Below, one piece after another: positions 15,564 through 24,357 of a stretch of DNA of 32,000 bases (the stretch's first letter is position 1; the number at the start of each line of letters is the position of its first letter). The stretch comes from Pelosinus sp. IPA-1. GTDB lineage: Bacteria; Bacillota; Negativicutes; DSM-13327. The notes beneath the pieces are model-generated. The model did not search any database and had not been told where the DNA came from. It saw only the letters and a list, made by a program, of their open reading frames with translations. The position numbers were made by a program, and so were the translations under genes. The DNA lies in the NCBI RefSeq assembly GCF_030269905.1, contig NZ_BSVC01000003.1:397356-429355 (forward strand). The letters run 5' to 3'.

Positions 15564-17252
15564 TTATGAAGTAAGGCGGGGCAGACTAAATGAAACAAAA
15601 AAGGTAGTTCCTTGGTCACCTGTTATTACATCAATGGTAGCGTTGTGTCTATTGGCAATTCTATAGCATATTGGCAGACCCAATCCGGTTCCAGCTTCTT
15701 TCGTGGTTAGGAAAGGTGTGCCTAAATTTTCTAATATATGATCTGGCAAACCAGTACCTTGATCTTTTACCGATAAAAGAACTTTGCTCTCTTTTAAGCC
15801 TGTACCTATTGTAAGTTCGCCTCCCGACGGCATAGCTTCCACGCCGTTTCGCACTAAGTTAAGCAGCATTTGACGGATTTCATTTTCATCTAGAGATTGC
15901 TTCGGTATATTGATAAGGTCAAGAGTTACATGCACACTAGAAGCAGCGGCATCGGCCTGAATCAAGGGGAACAGTGCTTTGATAATCGTATTTAAACAGC
16001 AGCTTTTCAGTTCAGCTCGTTTATCTTTTGCCAATAAGAGATATTCGCTAATAATCGTGTTCGTTCTATCCAGTTCTTCCATCATTAAACCAATCTGCTT
16101 TCTATAGTTATAAAGCTCATCTTTGGTTACCATCATTTGTAGGTATCCGCGTACTGTAGTCAACGGATTACGTATCTCATGAGCAACATTAGCGGCCATT
16201 TGACCGACCATATTCATTCTATCAACACGAGCGGCACTATTCTCAAGATTCTTACGAACCGTGATATCACGGAGGATGCCCTCTCGGGCTACAAGTTTAT
16301 TTGTTTTGTCATAAATGGGAACAAACTTTTGCTCAATCCATATTGTGATATGGTCTTTGCGAATTAAGCGATATCTAAGCGATAAATTGTTAAGACATAG
16401 AGGATTATTAATAAAATTATCAAATCGCGGTAAATCCTCGTGGTGTATTAAACTTGCAAATAGTTTTGCATCAGCATAATGTTCTTCAGGAGTATAACCT
16501 GTGATCGCAAGTATAGACGGACTAACATACTCAAATTTGGTTTTAGGTAATAGTTCATAACGGTAAATTACATCAACTGCATTTTCTGCAAACAATCGGT
16601 ATTGCACCTCTTTATTAGCTAAATCCATTCTGGTCTTCTCAAAATATACCATTAATATGCCAGAAGCAATAATTAGTCGACAAAGTCCAGCAACGGAGTA
16701 ACAAAGAGAAGTTACCTGGGCTATATTTAAACTTAATAAAAAAGGAGTAGACGCAGTAATAATGCCCCATAGAATGAAGGCATATCCGGTGATTTGATTA
16801 CCCGCTCCCTTTATTTGCAAATTTTGTATAAAAGATATGCCTATATATATCAGTATCACTCCAGCGAACCATGAAGGAGGAGACGCTTTATAAAGGAAAG
16901 GCAAATCTAATAAAGCAAGTACAGTGCTTAACATGAAAAAGCCAGTAGCGCCATATAGCCACCATCGTTTAAACGGTTTACCAATAAAAAGCTGATTTCC
17001 CCATAGAAACAGTAAAATCGTGCTATTATACATTAGTTGAAAGATAACAAAGCCAAATATGGATTCCTTCCAATCAAATAAACCAGAGTCAAAAAAAACA
17101 ATTCGCAAAGATAAGCCGAGCCAAGTTACTATCCAAACCCCCATATAGTGTTCACGGTATATGAAGTAAAGATACCCATAAACAAGTATCAATGAAAGTG
17201 TTCCTACTATCGGGAAATTTATATAATCCATTAGACTCTCCTTAAAACCCAT
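15564..17252 (-). CDS. Membrane sensor histidine kinase (multi-TM N-terminal domain, PAS, HisKA, HATPase_c), with no adjacent response regulator
   Basis: About 6 N-terminal TM helices and a PAS-like region (FAENAVDVIYRYEL...ITGYTPEE...). H-box MAANVAHEIRNPLTTVRGY, N-box LLNLVRNGVEAM, G-boxes VKDQGTGL and GTGLGLPI. Confidence 0.85.
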   Translation of the reverse strand: MGFKESLMDYINFPIVGTLSLILVYGYLYFIYREHYMGVWIVTWLGLSLRIVFFDSGLFDWKESIFGFVIFQLMYNSTILLFLWGNQLFIGKPFKRWWLYGATGFFMLSTVLALLDLPFLYKASPPSWFAGVILIYIGISFIQNLQIKGAGNQITGYAFILWGIITASTPFLLSLNIAQVTSLCYSVAGLCRLIIASGILMVYFEKTRMDLANKEVQYRLFAENAVDVIYRYELLPKTKFEYVSPSILAITGYTPEEHYADAKLFASLIHHEDLPRFDNFINNPLCLNNLSLRYRLIRKDHITIWIEQKFVPIYDKTNKLVAREGILRDITVRKNLENSAARVDRMNMVGQMAANVAHEIRNPLTTVRGYLQMMVTKDELYNYRKQIGLMMEELDRTNTIISEYLLLAKDKRAELKSCCLNTIIKALFPLIQADAAASSVHVTLDLINIPKQSLDENEIRQMLLNLVRNGVEAMPSGGELTIGTGLKESKVLLSVKDQGTGLPDHILENLGTPFLTTKEAGTGLGLPICYRIANRHNATIDVITGDQGTTFFVSFSLPRLTS

Positions 17253-17590
17253 TTTCCTACATTAATGGACATTTTCGCCATATGTACTAAATATCCCTCC
17301 TTATTTTGTAATTAAGCTTAGGGAAGATTGCAATCTATCTTTTGCGGAGTTAAATTAGTCTCAAGAGTTCCCAGCATTTGACACTGGTGGCACATCCGTA
17401 AAAGTAACATTTTCGTCTATATTAACATGATAAAAACAACATAAATCTTGTATTCCTTATATAAATAATGCAGGAATTTTTTACTAGCAGTAGAAAATGG
17501 TAAATATTACATAAATAACACAAATAAACTATAACCTCATAGATAAAAGTGTATATATTTAGGGGTTCATTAAGTGAGGGGACATTCAAA

Positions 17591-18712
17591 ATGGCAAAAG
17601 TCGCAGCGATAAAAGCAGAGACTTATGATGAGCAAGTAGTTGAGTTAGCGATGCAAACATTACTTGATGAATTGGGAGGTATATCTGAATTCATTAAGCC
17701 TGGAGATAAGGTTTTAATCAAACCCAATATGTTGGAAGGGTTACCGCCAGACAAAGCAGTGACGACCCATCCTGAAATCGTCCGCGCGATGATAAACCAA
17801 GTTAAAGGAGCGGGTGGAATTCCTCTTGTGGGGGATTCACCTGGCGTAAGTAGTACGTTAAAGGTCGCTGAAAAATGCGGTATTCTTAGGGTATGCCAGC
17901 AAGAGGACGTAGAGCTTATCCCTTTTAACGATAAAGTAGAGGTGCCTTTTGCTCAAGGTACTACTGTGAAAAAGTTTGTCTTAGCGAAAGCCTATAGCCA
18001 AGTTGATAAAGTAATTTCATTGGCAAAGATGAAGACTCATTCCTTTATGGGGGTTACAGGGGGAGTGAAAAATCTATTTGGGTTGATGGTTGGGACTGAT
18101 AAGGCTCAGTTTCATTTACGTATGAAAAAACGTAGCGATTTTGCTGGAATGTTAGTGGATTTAGCACAGGTGGTAAAGCCGGTGCTTTATATAGTAGATG
18201 GTATTATTGGTATGGAAGGTCATGGACCGCGAAACGGTAAGCCCAAGCAGGCTAATATACTTCTAGGCGGAACGAATGGTTTTGCTGTGGATTTGGTCAT
18301 GGCTGAGGTGATGGGATATAAGGGGGAAACAATGCCTGTTGCAGCTAAGGCATTGTCATTAGGTTTGTCCCCAAGAATGAAAGATATAGAGGTTGTAGGA
18401 AGTGGTAGGAATATTCGTTTAGAATTTGCTAAGCCGCGTAATTTAGAATCCTTAGATAATAAGCTACCTGCTCCAGTCGTTGACTTTTTTCAAAATCAGC
18501 TGACAGCTAGGCCAGTGATTGTGGATTGTTGCATAGCTTGTGGGCGATGCGCCGCCCATTGCCCTCCGGAAGCAATTAGAATGATGGATAATAAAGCAGT
18601 AATTGACTACCAAAAATGTATCCGCTGTTATTGCTGCCAAGAATTATGTCCTGCTGATGCAGTAAAGCTACAAAATGGATTATTGTTGAAGTTAATAAGG
18701 AGATGGAAGTAA
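17591..18712 (+). CDS. DUF362 domain protein with C-terminal 2x[4Fe-4S] ferredoxin domain
   Basis: The N-terminal pattern AAIKAETYDE......IKPGDKVLIKPNML is typical of DUF362. Two CxxCxxCxxxCP motifs are present (CIACGRCAAHCP, CIRCYCCQELCP). The preferred start is ATG 17591, with RBS gtgagggg upstream. Confidence 0.8.
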   Translation: MAKVAAIKAETYDEQVVELAMQTLLDELGGISEFIKPGDKVLIKPNMLEGLPPDKAVTTHPEIVRAMINQVKGAGGIPLVGDSPGVSSTLKVAEKCGILRVCQQEDVELIPFNDKVEVPFAQGTTVKKFVLAKAYSQVDKVISLAKMKTHSFMGVTGGVKNLFGLMVGTDKAQFHLRMKKRSDFAGMLVDLAQVVKPVLYIVDGIIGMEGHGPRNGKPKQANILLGGTNGFAVDLVMAEVMGYKGETMPVAAKALSLGLSPRMKDIEVVGSGRNIRLEFAKPRNLESLDNKLPAPVVDFFQNQLTARPVIVDCCIACGRCAAHCPPEAIRMMDNKAVIDYQKCIRCYCCQELCPADAVKLQNGLLLKLIRRWK

Positions 18713-18759
18713 TAAATTAATTTTTGGAGAGTAAATTAAATAGTATATAGGAAACGTTA

Positions 18760-18788
18760 TTGACAATGAATATGACCAGTCGTATAAT
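18760..18788 (+). promoter_or_regulatory. Consensus sigma-70/SigA-type promoter for the alcohol dehydrogenase gene
   Basis: TTGACA (18760-18765), an exact 17-nt spacer, then TATAAT (18783-18788), about 47 nt upstream of the start codon. Confidence 0.65.
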
Positions 18789-18834
18789 AAAGAAAGAGTA
18801 TACCATTATAAAATTATTTTGAGGAGTTGTTAAT

Positions 18835-19995
18835 GTGCAAAATTTTCAATTTGCAAATCCGACAAAAATTATTTTTGGTAAAGGTGAAATTAAGGGATTG
18901 CCAAAGGAGATTCCCTCTGATAGCAAAGTACTAGTGCTTTATGGTGGCGGCAGTGTCAAAAAAACGGGTCTACTGGAAGCAATTAAAGAGGTATTGAAGG
19001 ATTATCAACTTGGAGAATTTGGCGGTATTGAACCTAATCCAACTTATGAAACTCTGATGAAGGCTGTGGAATTAATACGCAAAGAGAACTATGATTTTCT
19101 ATTGGCTGTAGGAGGTGGTTCAGTTATTGATGGAACCAAGTTTATCGCTGCAGCTGTACCTTTTACACAAGGTGATCCTTGGGAATTGGTTGAAAAACAT
19201 TTGCCTATCGGTACGGCATTACCTTTTGCAACGGTTTTGACGCTGCCAGCTACTGGATCGGAAATGAATAATGGGGCTGTGATAACTAGGAAAGCTCTGC
19301 AGGCAAAATTACCGTTTTTTAGTCCAGTGACTTTCCCGCGATTCTCAATACTTGATCCCGTTTATACATATACGTTGCCAAACAAGCAGATTGCTAACGG
19401 GGTTGTAGATGCTTTCGTTCATGTAATGGAACAATATCTGACCTACCCAGTTGCAGGAAAAGTGCAAGATCGTTTTGCAGAAGGACTGCTTTTGACATTG
19501 GTGGAAGAAGGTCCAATTGCTTTACAGGATCCAGAAAACTACGATGTACGTGCTAATATAATGTGGACGGCGACTCTTGCTCTAAACGGTCTGATCGGTA
19601 GTGGAGTACCTCAGGATTGGTCTACTCATATGGTGGGACATGAAATTACTGCTTTATATGGACTAGATCATGCTCAGACATTGGCTATTGTATTGCCATC
19701 TATGTTAGAAGTGATGAAAGAAGAAAAAGAGGCTAAACTGCTTCAGTACAGTGAGCGAATTTGGAATATAGATGTCAATTTATCACCAACAGAAAAAATC
19801 GAGTTAGCGATTGAGAAAACTAGGAACTTCTTCGAAACTATGGGCGTTAGAACTCGCTTATCTAATTATGGCTTGGGTGAAGAGACAATCGAAAAGATCA
19901 TTGCTGGTTTAAAGGCACATGGAATGGTCAAGCTTGGTGAAAAAGGTACAGTAACAACGGAAGTAGTTCGACAAGTATTAGGGTTAAGTTTATAA
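18835..19995 (+). CDS. yqhD: Iron-containing NADPH-dependent alcohol/aldehyde reductase, YqhD / butanol dehydrogenase family
   Basis: It is closely collinear with E. coli YqhD as I recall it: NFQF.NPTKIIFGKG.I.GL...IP.D.KVL..YGGGSVKKTG.L......L......EFGGIEPNP.YETLM.AV.L.R.....FLLAVGGGSV.DGTKFIAAA. GTG start with RBS gaggag. Confidence 0.9.
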   Translation: MQNFQFANPTKIIFGKGEIKGLPKEIPSDSKVLVLYGGGSVKKTGLLEAIKEVLKDYQLGEFGGIEPNPTYETLMKAVELIRKENYDFLLAVGGGSVIDGTKFIAAAVPFTQGDPWELVEKHLPIGTALPFATVLTLPATGSEMNNGAVITRKALQAKLPFFSPVTFPRFSILDPVYTYTLPNKQIANGVVDAFVHVMEQYLTYPVAGKVQDRFAEGLLLTLVEEGPIALQDPENYDVRANIMWTATLALNGLIGSGVPQDWSTHMVGHEITALYGLDHAQTLAIVLPSMLEVMKEEKEAKLLQYSERIWNIDVNLSPTEKIELAIEKTRNFFETMGVRTRLSNYGLGEETIEKIIAGLKAHGMVKLGEKGTVTTEVVRQVLGLSL

Positions 19996-20030
19996 GTCTA
20001 GTAAAGAGATAACAGTTAAAAGGTTAGCGG

Positions 20031-20049
20031 CGTACATTCGAATAGTACG
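20031..20049 (+). promoter_or_regulatory. Imperfect palindrome upstream of the OYE gene (candidate operator or weak hairpin)
   Basis: cgtacattcgaatagtacg contains attcgaat at its centre, flanked by cgtac and gtacg with a 1-nt asymmetry. It lies about 25 nt before the RBS of the next gene. The TetR gene downstream is a candidate binder, which is inference only. Confidence 0.25.
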
Positions 20050-20073
20050 TTGCTATTACAAGGAGAGATACAT

Positions 20074-21207
20074 ATGGAAAACAATGAAAAAATTAGAAAC
20101 GATAATCTAGAAGTTTTATTTCAACCAGTAAGGATTGGGAATTTATCATTAGCGAATCGAATTGCCATGGCGCCAATGACAAGAGGATTTTCTCCCAATG
20201 GTGTACCTGGTAAAGATGTGGCAGGATATTATAAAAGACGGGCAGAAAATGAAGTAGGGTTGATTATTACTGAAGGTACATTGATTAATCACCCTGCGGC
20301 AGCGGAAGGTCTAGGGCGACCTAATTTTCACGGAGAAGCAGCGCTGGGTGGCTGGTCACAGGTTGTGGAGTCCGTTCATAAGGCAGGAGGCAAGATTATT
20401 CCTCAGTTATGGCATGTCGGAATGGCGCGTCAAATTAATGGTGACAATCCGAATCCAACTGCCCCACCCATTGGTCCATCAGGGATTGATGTAACTACAG
20501 GGGTAAAGGTAACTGAACCAATGACTAAGGCCGAAATTGAGCATATTGTTAAGGCCTTTGGGCAAGCGGCGAGTGATGCGAAACGCCTGGGGTTTGATGG
20601 ACTTGAAATTCATGGTGCACATGGATACTTAATTGATCAATTCTTTTGGGGAAAAACAAATCAGCGTCAGGATGAATACGGCGGGGATTTGGTTGCACGT
20701 ACCCGGTTTGCCGTTGAAATCATACGCGCCTGCCGCCAAGCTGTAGGTCCAGAATTCCCGATTGTATTTCGCTATTCACAATGGAAATTAGGAAATTACA
20801 GTGCAAAGCTAGCAGAGACTCCAGACCAGCTGGCTGAATTTTTAGCACCCTTAGTAGATGCAGGAGTAGACATTTTCCATTGTTCAACTCGTCGTTATTG
20901 GGAACCGGAATTTGAAGGATCACCTCTGAACTTAGCTGGGTGGACGAAACAATTAACTGGTAAACCAACGATTACTGTCGGATCTGTTGGTCTTGACAAT
21001 AACTTTATCGATTTTTTCATGGAAGGGAAAGGTGCAAAGACTACAAGTTTATCGCCTCTCATTGAAAGATTACAGAAGAAAGAGTTTGATTTAGTAGCAG
21101 TGGGCAGAGCTTTACTTGCAGATCCAGCATGGGTAACAAAAACACATCAAAATAGAACGGATGAACTAATTCCTTTTGAACTTGGTGCAGAAAAAACATT
21201 GTCTTAA
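20074..21207 (+). CDS. NADH:flavin oxidoreductase, Old Yellow Enzyme family
   Basis: LANRIAMAPMTR, IITEGT, IPQLWHVG, GFDGLEIHGAHGYLIDQF and AVGRALLADPAWV match OYE/NemA-type FMN reductases. The preferred start is ATG 20074, with RBS aaggagag upstream. Confidence 0.9.
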   Translation: MENNEKIRNDNLEVLFQPVRIGNLSLANRIAMAPMTRGFSPNGVPGKDVAGYYKRRAENEVGLIITEGTLINHPAAAEGLGRPNFHGEAALGGWSQVVESVHKAGGKIIPQLWHVGMARQINGDNPNPTAPPIGPSGIDVTTGVKVTEPMTKAEIEHIVKAFGQAASDAKRLGFDGLEIHGAHGYLIDQFFWGKTNQRQDEYGGDLVARTRFAVEIIRACRQAVGPEFPIVFRYSQWKLGNYSAKLAETPDQLAEFLAPLVDAGVDIFHCSTRRYWEPEFEGSPLNLAGWTKQLTGKPTITVGSVGLDNNFIDFFMEGKGAKTTSLSPLIERLQKKEFDLVAVGRALLADPAWVTKTHQNRTDELIPFELGAEKTLS

Positions 21208-21330
21208 CAATTGTCACACTAATTGCGCCATTGGACAGAAGAAGAGGCAGACTAATTCTGCCTCTTTCTCCTATCTGTACAATGGATTGGCAAAAAAGCA
21301 GAAAGATACGATTACAAGAGGTGGTAACAA

Positions 21331-21945
21331 ATGGCGAGGAAAAAAAGTGCAGATTTAGAAAAAACAAAACAAAATTTATTAGAGGTTGGCTTAACACTCT
21401 TTGAACAAAAAGGCTTTAATGCTACTGGTATCCAAGAGATAGCTACATCAGCCGATATTCCCAAAGGGTCATTCTACAATTATTTTTCAAGTAAAGAGGA
21501 GTTTGGCGTAGCGGTGATTCGCTATTATGCGGACACAAGTATGGCAAGATGGAAAAGTATTTTAGATACGGCAACTCAAAAGGAAGATTATTATAAGGCG
21601 CTGTATACAGCATTTTCGGCGATTGCTGAAGAATATAGATGTGCCCAGATAAAAAAGGGCTGCCTATTAGGCAATCTTGCTGCTGAGATCAGTGAGGCCA
21701 GTGAAGAATGTCGTATGGCTTTACAGCAGTCCGTAAGTGAATACAAATCAATTTTAGCGGAACGTTTCCGCGTAGGACAGGAAATGGGGAAAGTAAGAAG
21801 TGATTTGCCAGCACAGCAATTAGCTGATTTAGTTTGGGACTGTTGGCAAGGAAGCTTATTACGGATGAAAATTGAAAAATCAGTGGAGCCAGTCAATAAT
21901 GATTTGGAATTATTATTCCATCATATTTTGCCGCCAGTACTCTAG
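21331..21945 (+). CDS. TetR/AcrR family transcriptional regulator
   Basis: N-terminal HTH KQNLLEVGLTLFEQKGFNATGIQEIATSADIPKGSFYNYFSSKEEF. The protein is 204 aa. Confidence 0.9.
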   Translation: MARKKSADLEKTKQNLLEVGLTLFEQKGFNATGIQEIATSADIPKGSFYNYFSSKEEFGVAVIRYYADTSMARWKSILDTATQKEDYYKALYTAFSAIAEEYRCAQIKKGCLLGNLAAEISEASEECRMALQQSVSEYKSILAERFRVGQEMGKVRSDLPAQQLADLVWDCWQGSLLRMKIEKSVEPVNNDLELLFHHILPPVL

Positions 21946-21991
21946 TGAACAAGGCTTACATTTGCCAAAAAAAATTTAAACGAGGTGCAAA

Positions 21992-23071
21992 ATGAATAAA
22001 GTAAGATTTGCAATCGTAGGGACCGGATCGATAACCCCTACTCACGCCCAGGCAATTTCAGCAATACCTGATGCTAAGTTGATTGCGATTTTTGGTCGCT
22101 CTGCTGCAAAGGCGCAACAACTTGCTACCCAATTTAATTGTGATTGGCACAATGACTATCAGGAAATGTTAAAAAGAACGGATATTGATGTAGTTTCGAT
22201 CTGTACTCCTAATGGACTGCATGCGGATCTTGGAATTCAGGCTGCATTAGCGGGTAAACATGTTGTAATCGAAAAGCCAATTGATATCACATTAGAAAAA
22301 GCAGATACCCTGATTAAAATCTGCCAAAGACAAGGAGTGGAATTGTCAATCGTATTCCAAAGGCGTTACAGTGATGGTGTTGTTGCTTTAAAGAATTTAC
22401 TGGAACAAGGCAAATTGGGTAAAGTGATTTTTGGAGGTTGCTACATTAAGCTATATCGGAGTCAGGAATACTATGACAGCGCTGCTTGGCGTGGGACATG
22501 GGATATTGATGGCGGTGGCGTTTTAATGAACCAAGGTATCCACTATATTGATATGCTGCAGTATTTGGCAGGACCAGTCGCAGAAGTTACAGGCCAGTGT
22601 GGAACTTTCGGCCATACAGGTATAGAGGTGGAGGATACTGCCTCGGCTGCTGTTGCATTTCAATCGGGTGCGTTGGGAGTAATCGAAGGGACTACCTGTG
22701 CATATCCAGGTCTAGTTTCGCGGGTCGACATCTATGGAACAGAAGGAAGCGCGGTGATTGAGAATGATGTACTTACTTCGGTTCAATTAAAATCGGGCTA
22801 TGAATATAAAGTAGGAAGTAGTACTGAAAATGCTGGAGTGAGCAGTCCTGATATTTCGTTTGAATGCCACCAACGTCAATTTCAGGAGATAACTACAGCA
22901 TTAAAAAATAACACGGAACCACCAATCAGTGGAGTAGAAGGCCGAAAAGCATTGGAAGTAATATTAGCGATTTATAAATCTGCATTTACAGGAAATATCG
23001 CATCGCTGCCATTAGCAGATAGTTTATTTTTAAAAGATTTAGCGAAAGCTGGTGGTTTCAAGAGAAAGTAG
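21992..23071 (+). CDS. Gfo/Idh/MocA family NAD(P)-dependent oxidoreductase
   Basis: N-terminal Rossmann motif RFAIVGTGSI, an EKP motif (VVIEKPI), and a C-terminal alpha/beta domain typical of the family. Confidence 0.9.
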   Translation: MNKVRFAIVGTGSITPTHAQAISAIPDAKLIAIFGRSAAKAQQLATQFNCDWHNDYQEMLKRTDIDVVSICTPNGLHADLGIQAALAGKHVVIEKPIDITLEKADTLIKICQRQGVELSIVFQRRYSDGVVALKNLLEQGKLGKVIFGGCYIKLYRSQEYYDSAAWRGTWDIDGGGVLMNQGIHYIDMLQYLAGPVAEVTGQCGTFGHTGIEVEDTASAAVAFQSGALGVIEGTTCAYPGLVSRVDIYGTEGSAVIENDVLTSVQLKSGYEYKVGSSTENAGVSSPDISFECHQRQFQEITTALKNNTEPPISGVEGRKALEVILAIYKSAFTGNIASLPLADSLFLKDLAKAGGFKRK

Positions 23072-23095
23072 TGGGGCGTTAGCTTCTTTGGAGAC

Positions 23096-23155
23096 TTGAC
23101 AATTTGTGTCTCCTTACATATAATTAGTTTCATCAAACTAATTATATGTAAGGAG
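23096..23155 (+). promoter_or_regulatory. Consensus promoter overlapped by a perfect 21-bp inverted repeat (candidate MarR autoregulatory operator)
   Basis: TTGACA (23096-23101), a 17-nt spacer, then TATAAT (23119-23124). The palindrome ctccttacatataattagttt (23110-23130), spacer catc, and aaactaattatatgtaaggag (23135-23155) covers the -10 box and the RBS of the MarR gene. Confidence 0.65.
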
Positions 23156-23166
23156 AACAGACTAGT

Positions 23167-23613
23167 ATGGCAACAGAAGATATAATCGTTAAAGCAATCA
23201 ATGTTCTATCTGAGTCGATGCGCGAATGTATGCGAAAATATAAAGAAGAGACTCCTAACAGTAAAGAATTATTTAATTTAACAATAACCCAATTACATTA
23301 TCTTCATGCGATAAGAGAGAGGGGCAATCCTACGATAACCGAGCTTGCAGAAAAGTTTGGGGTGCAAAAGTCTACGGTAACGGTTGCCATTAATAAGCTT
23401 TTAGAGCGGGGATTTATTGAAAAAATCTCCTCGGAAAGTGATCTTAGGGTAGTACATATCAGCTTAGCAGCAAAGGGAAGAAGATTAATTGAAATCGAAG
23501 ATATGGGATATTATCACTTTGCCAGTCACATTATGGAGTCATTGGATGAGAAGGAAAGACAAACATTTGCGTACCTTCTAAGTAAAGTAACAGACAATAC
23601 TACCCGCGACTAA
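23167..23613 (+). CDS. MarR family transcriptional regulator
   Basis: 148 aa with a winged-HTH pattern: LTITQLHYLHAIRERGNPTITELAEKFGVQKSTVTVAINKLLERGFIEK....DLRVVHISLAAKG. Confidence 0.9.
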   Translation: MATEDIIVKAINVLSESMRECMRKYKEETPNSKELFNLTITQLHYLHAIRERGNPTITELAEKFGVQKSTVTVAINKLLERGFIEKISSESDLRVVHISLAAKGRRLIEIEDMGYYHFASHIMESLDEKERQTFAYLLSKVTDNTTRD

Positions 23614-23636
23614 ACGCGGGTTTTAAATAAATTTAT

Positions 23637-23658
23637 AGTTAGTTTTATCAAACTAACT
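23637..23658 (+). promoter_or_regulatory. Second, shorter copy of the MarR-type palindrome core upstream of the next gene
   Basis: agttagttt (23637-23645), spacer tatc, aaactaact (23650-23658). It shares the core TTAGTTT-yATC-AAACTAA with the 23110-23155 palindrome. Confidence 0.4.
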
Positions 23659-23688
23659 TAATGATAGATAAAAAAGATTGGGGGTTGA

Positions 23689-24282
23689 ATGGTGAGGGTG
23701 AAGGGAAAAATCTTTAGTATAATTGTTATGATTATCATTTCTTTTAGTTCAGTATTTGTTTGTTCAGCAATGGATAAAAAGGATCTTACTGATGAAGTTG
23801 TTCTTTTGGTTGTTGCAGACGAATCGAGAGAGACTTACGGTTTACAGTTAAAGAATGAAGTTTATACACAGTTAGAAAAGCAATTAAAGATTGCAATATG
23901 TAAGGAAAGTGAGTTGCAAGACAAAATAACAAACTATAGTGTTGGCGAAATATCTAAGGCTGAGAAACCAGAGCTTTTCACACTAGCTTCTAAGACAGGT
24001 GTAAACATGGTACTTGTAGTAGAGATATTGCCAACTAAGTCTGATTTTAGTGAAATTCTTTTTTACCAGTCGATCAAATCGGAAGCAACAATAAAAGTTC
24101 GTTTATATGATGCAGTAAAACAACAATATGTATTGACAGAGGAAATAGGAAGTACAGGTGTCAATAAAACAATAATTCCATACACGTTTGTTGGGAAAAA
24201 GGTAACTGTGGTAGAAGCCGTTCATAAAGCAACGACCATCGTAGCAGAACGGGTCAATCAGAAGTTAGCGAATTATAAATAG
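23689..24282 (+). CDS. Exported hypothetical protein (197 aa)
   Basis: RBS tggggg is followed by an ATG. The N-terminal signal-like segment is KGKIFSIIVMIIISFSSVFVCSA|MD. I recognised no family. Confidence 0.6.
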   Translation: MVRVKGKIFSIIVMIIISFSSVFVCSAMDKKDLTDEVVLLVVADESRETYGLQLKNEVYTQLEKQLKIAICKESELQDKITNYSVGEISKAEKPELFTLASKTGVNMVLVVEILPTKSDFSEILFYQSIKSEATIKVRLYDAVKQQYVLTEEIGSTGVNKTIIPYTFVGKKVTVVEAVHKATTIVAERVNQKLANYK

Positions 24283-24357
24283 AGATAGAATGGTCATATC
24301 GTCTTACATACAAAAGTTATATAAAACAAGCAGCTTATCTATAGGGAGTGGTGCTTT

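Noticed and set aside
17378-17406. Possible sigma-54 promoter (TGGCAC at 17388-17393) or sigma-70 -35 box (TTGACA at 17378-17383) in the divergent kinase/DUF362 intergenic region.
   Set aside because: The -12 element TTGC is absent at the required spacing after TGGCAC (the sequence reads atccgtaaaa). No acceptable -10 hexamer follows TTGACA at 16-18 nt.
21059-21397. ORFs 21059-21397 (minus strand) and 21176-21358 (plus strand) in the OYE/TetR junction.
   Set aside because: They overlap the ends of two well-supported genes and each other. Their composition is lysine/phenylalanine-rich from A/T runs. The intergenic hairpin gaagaggcag...ctgcctctt (21241-21266) is more likely a weak terminator.
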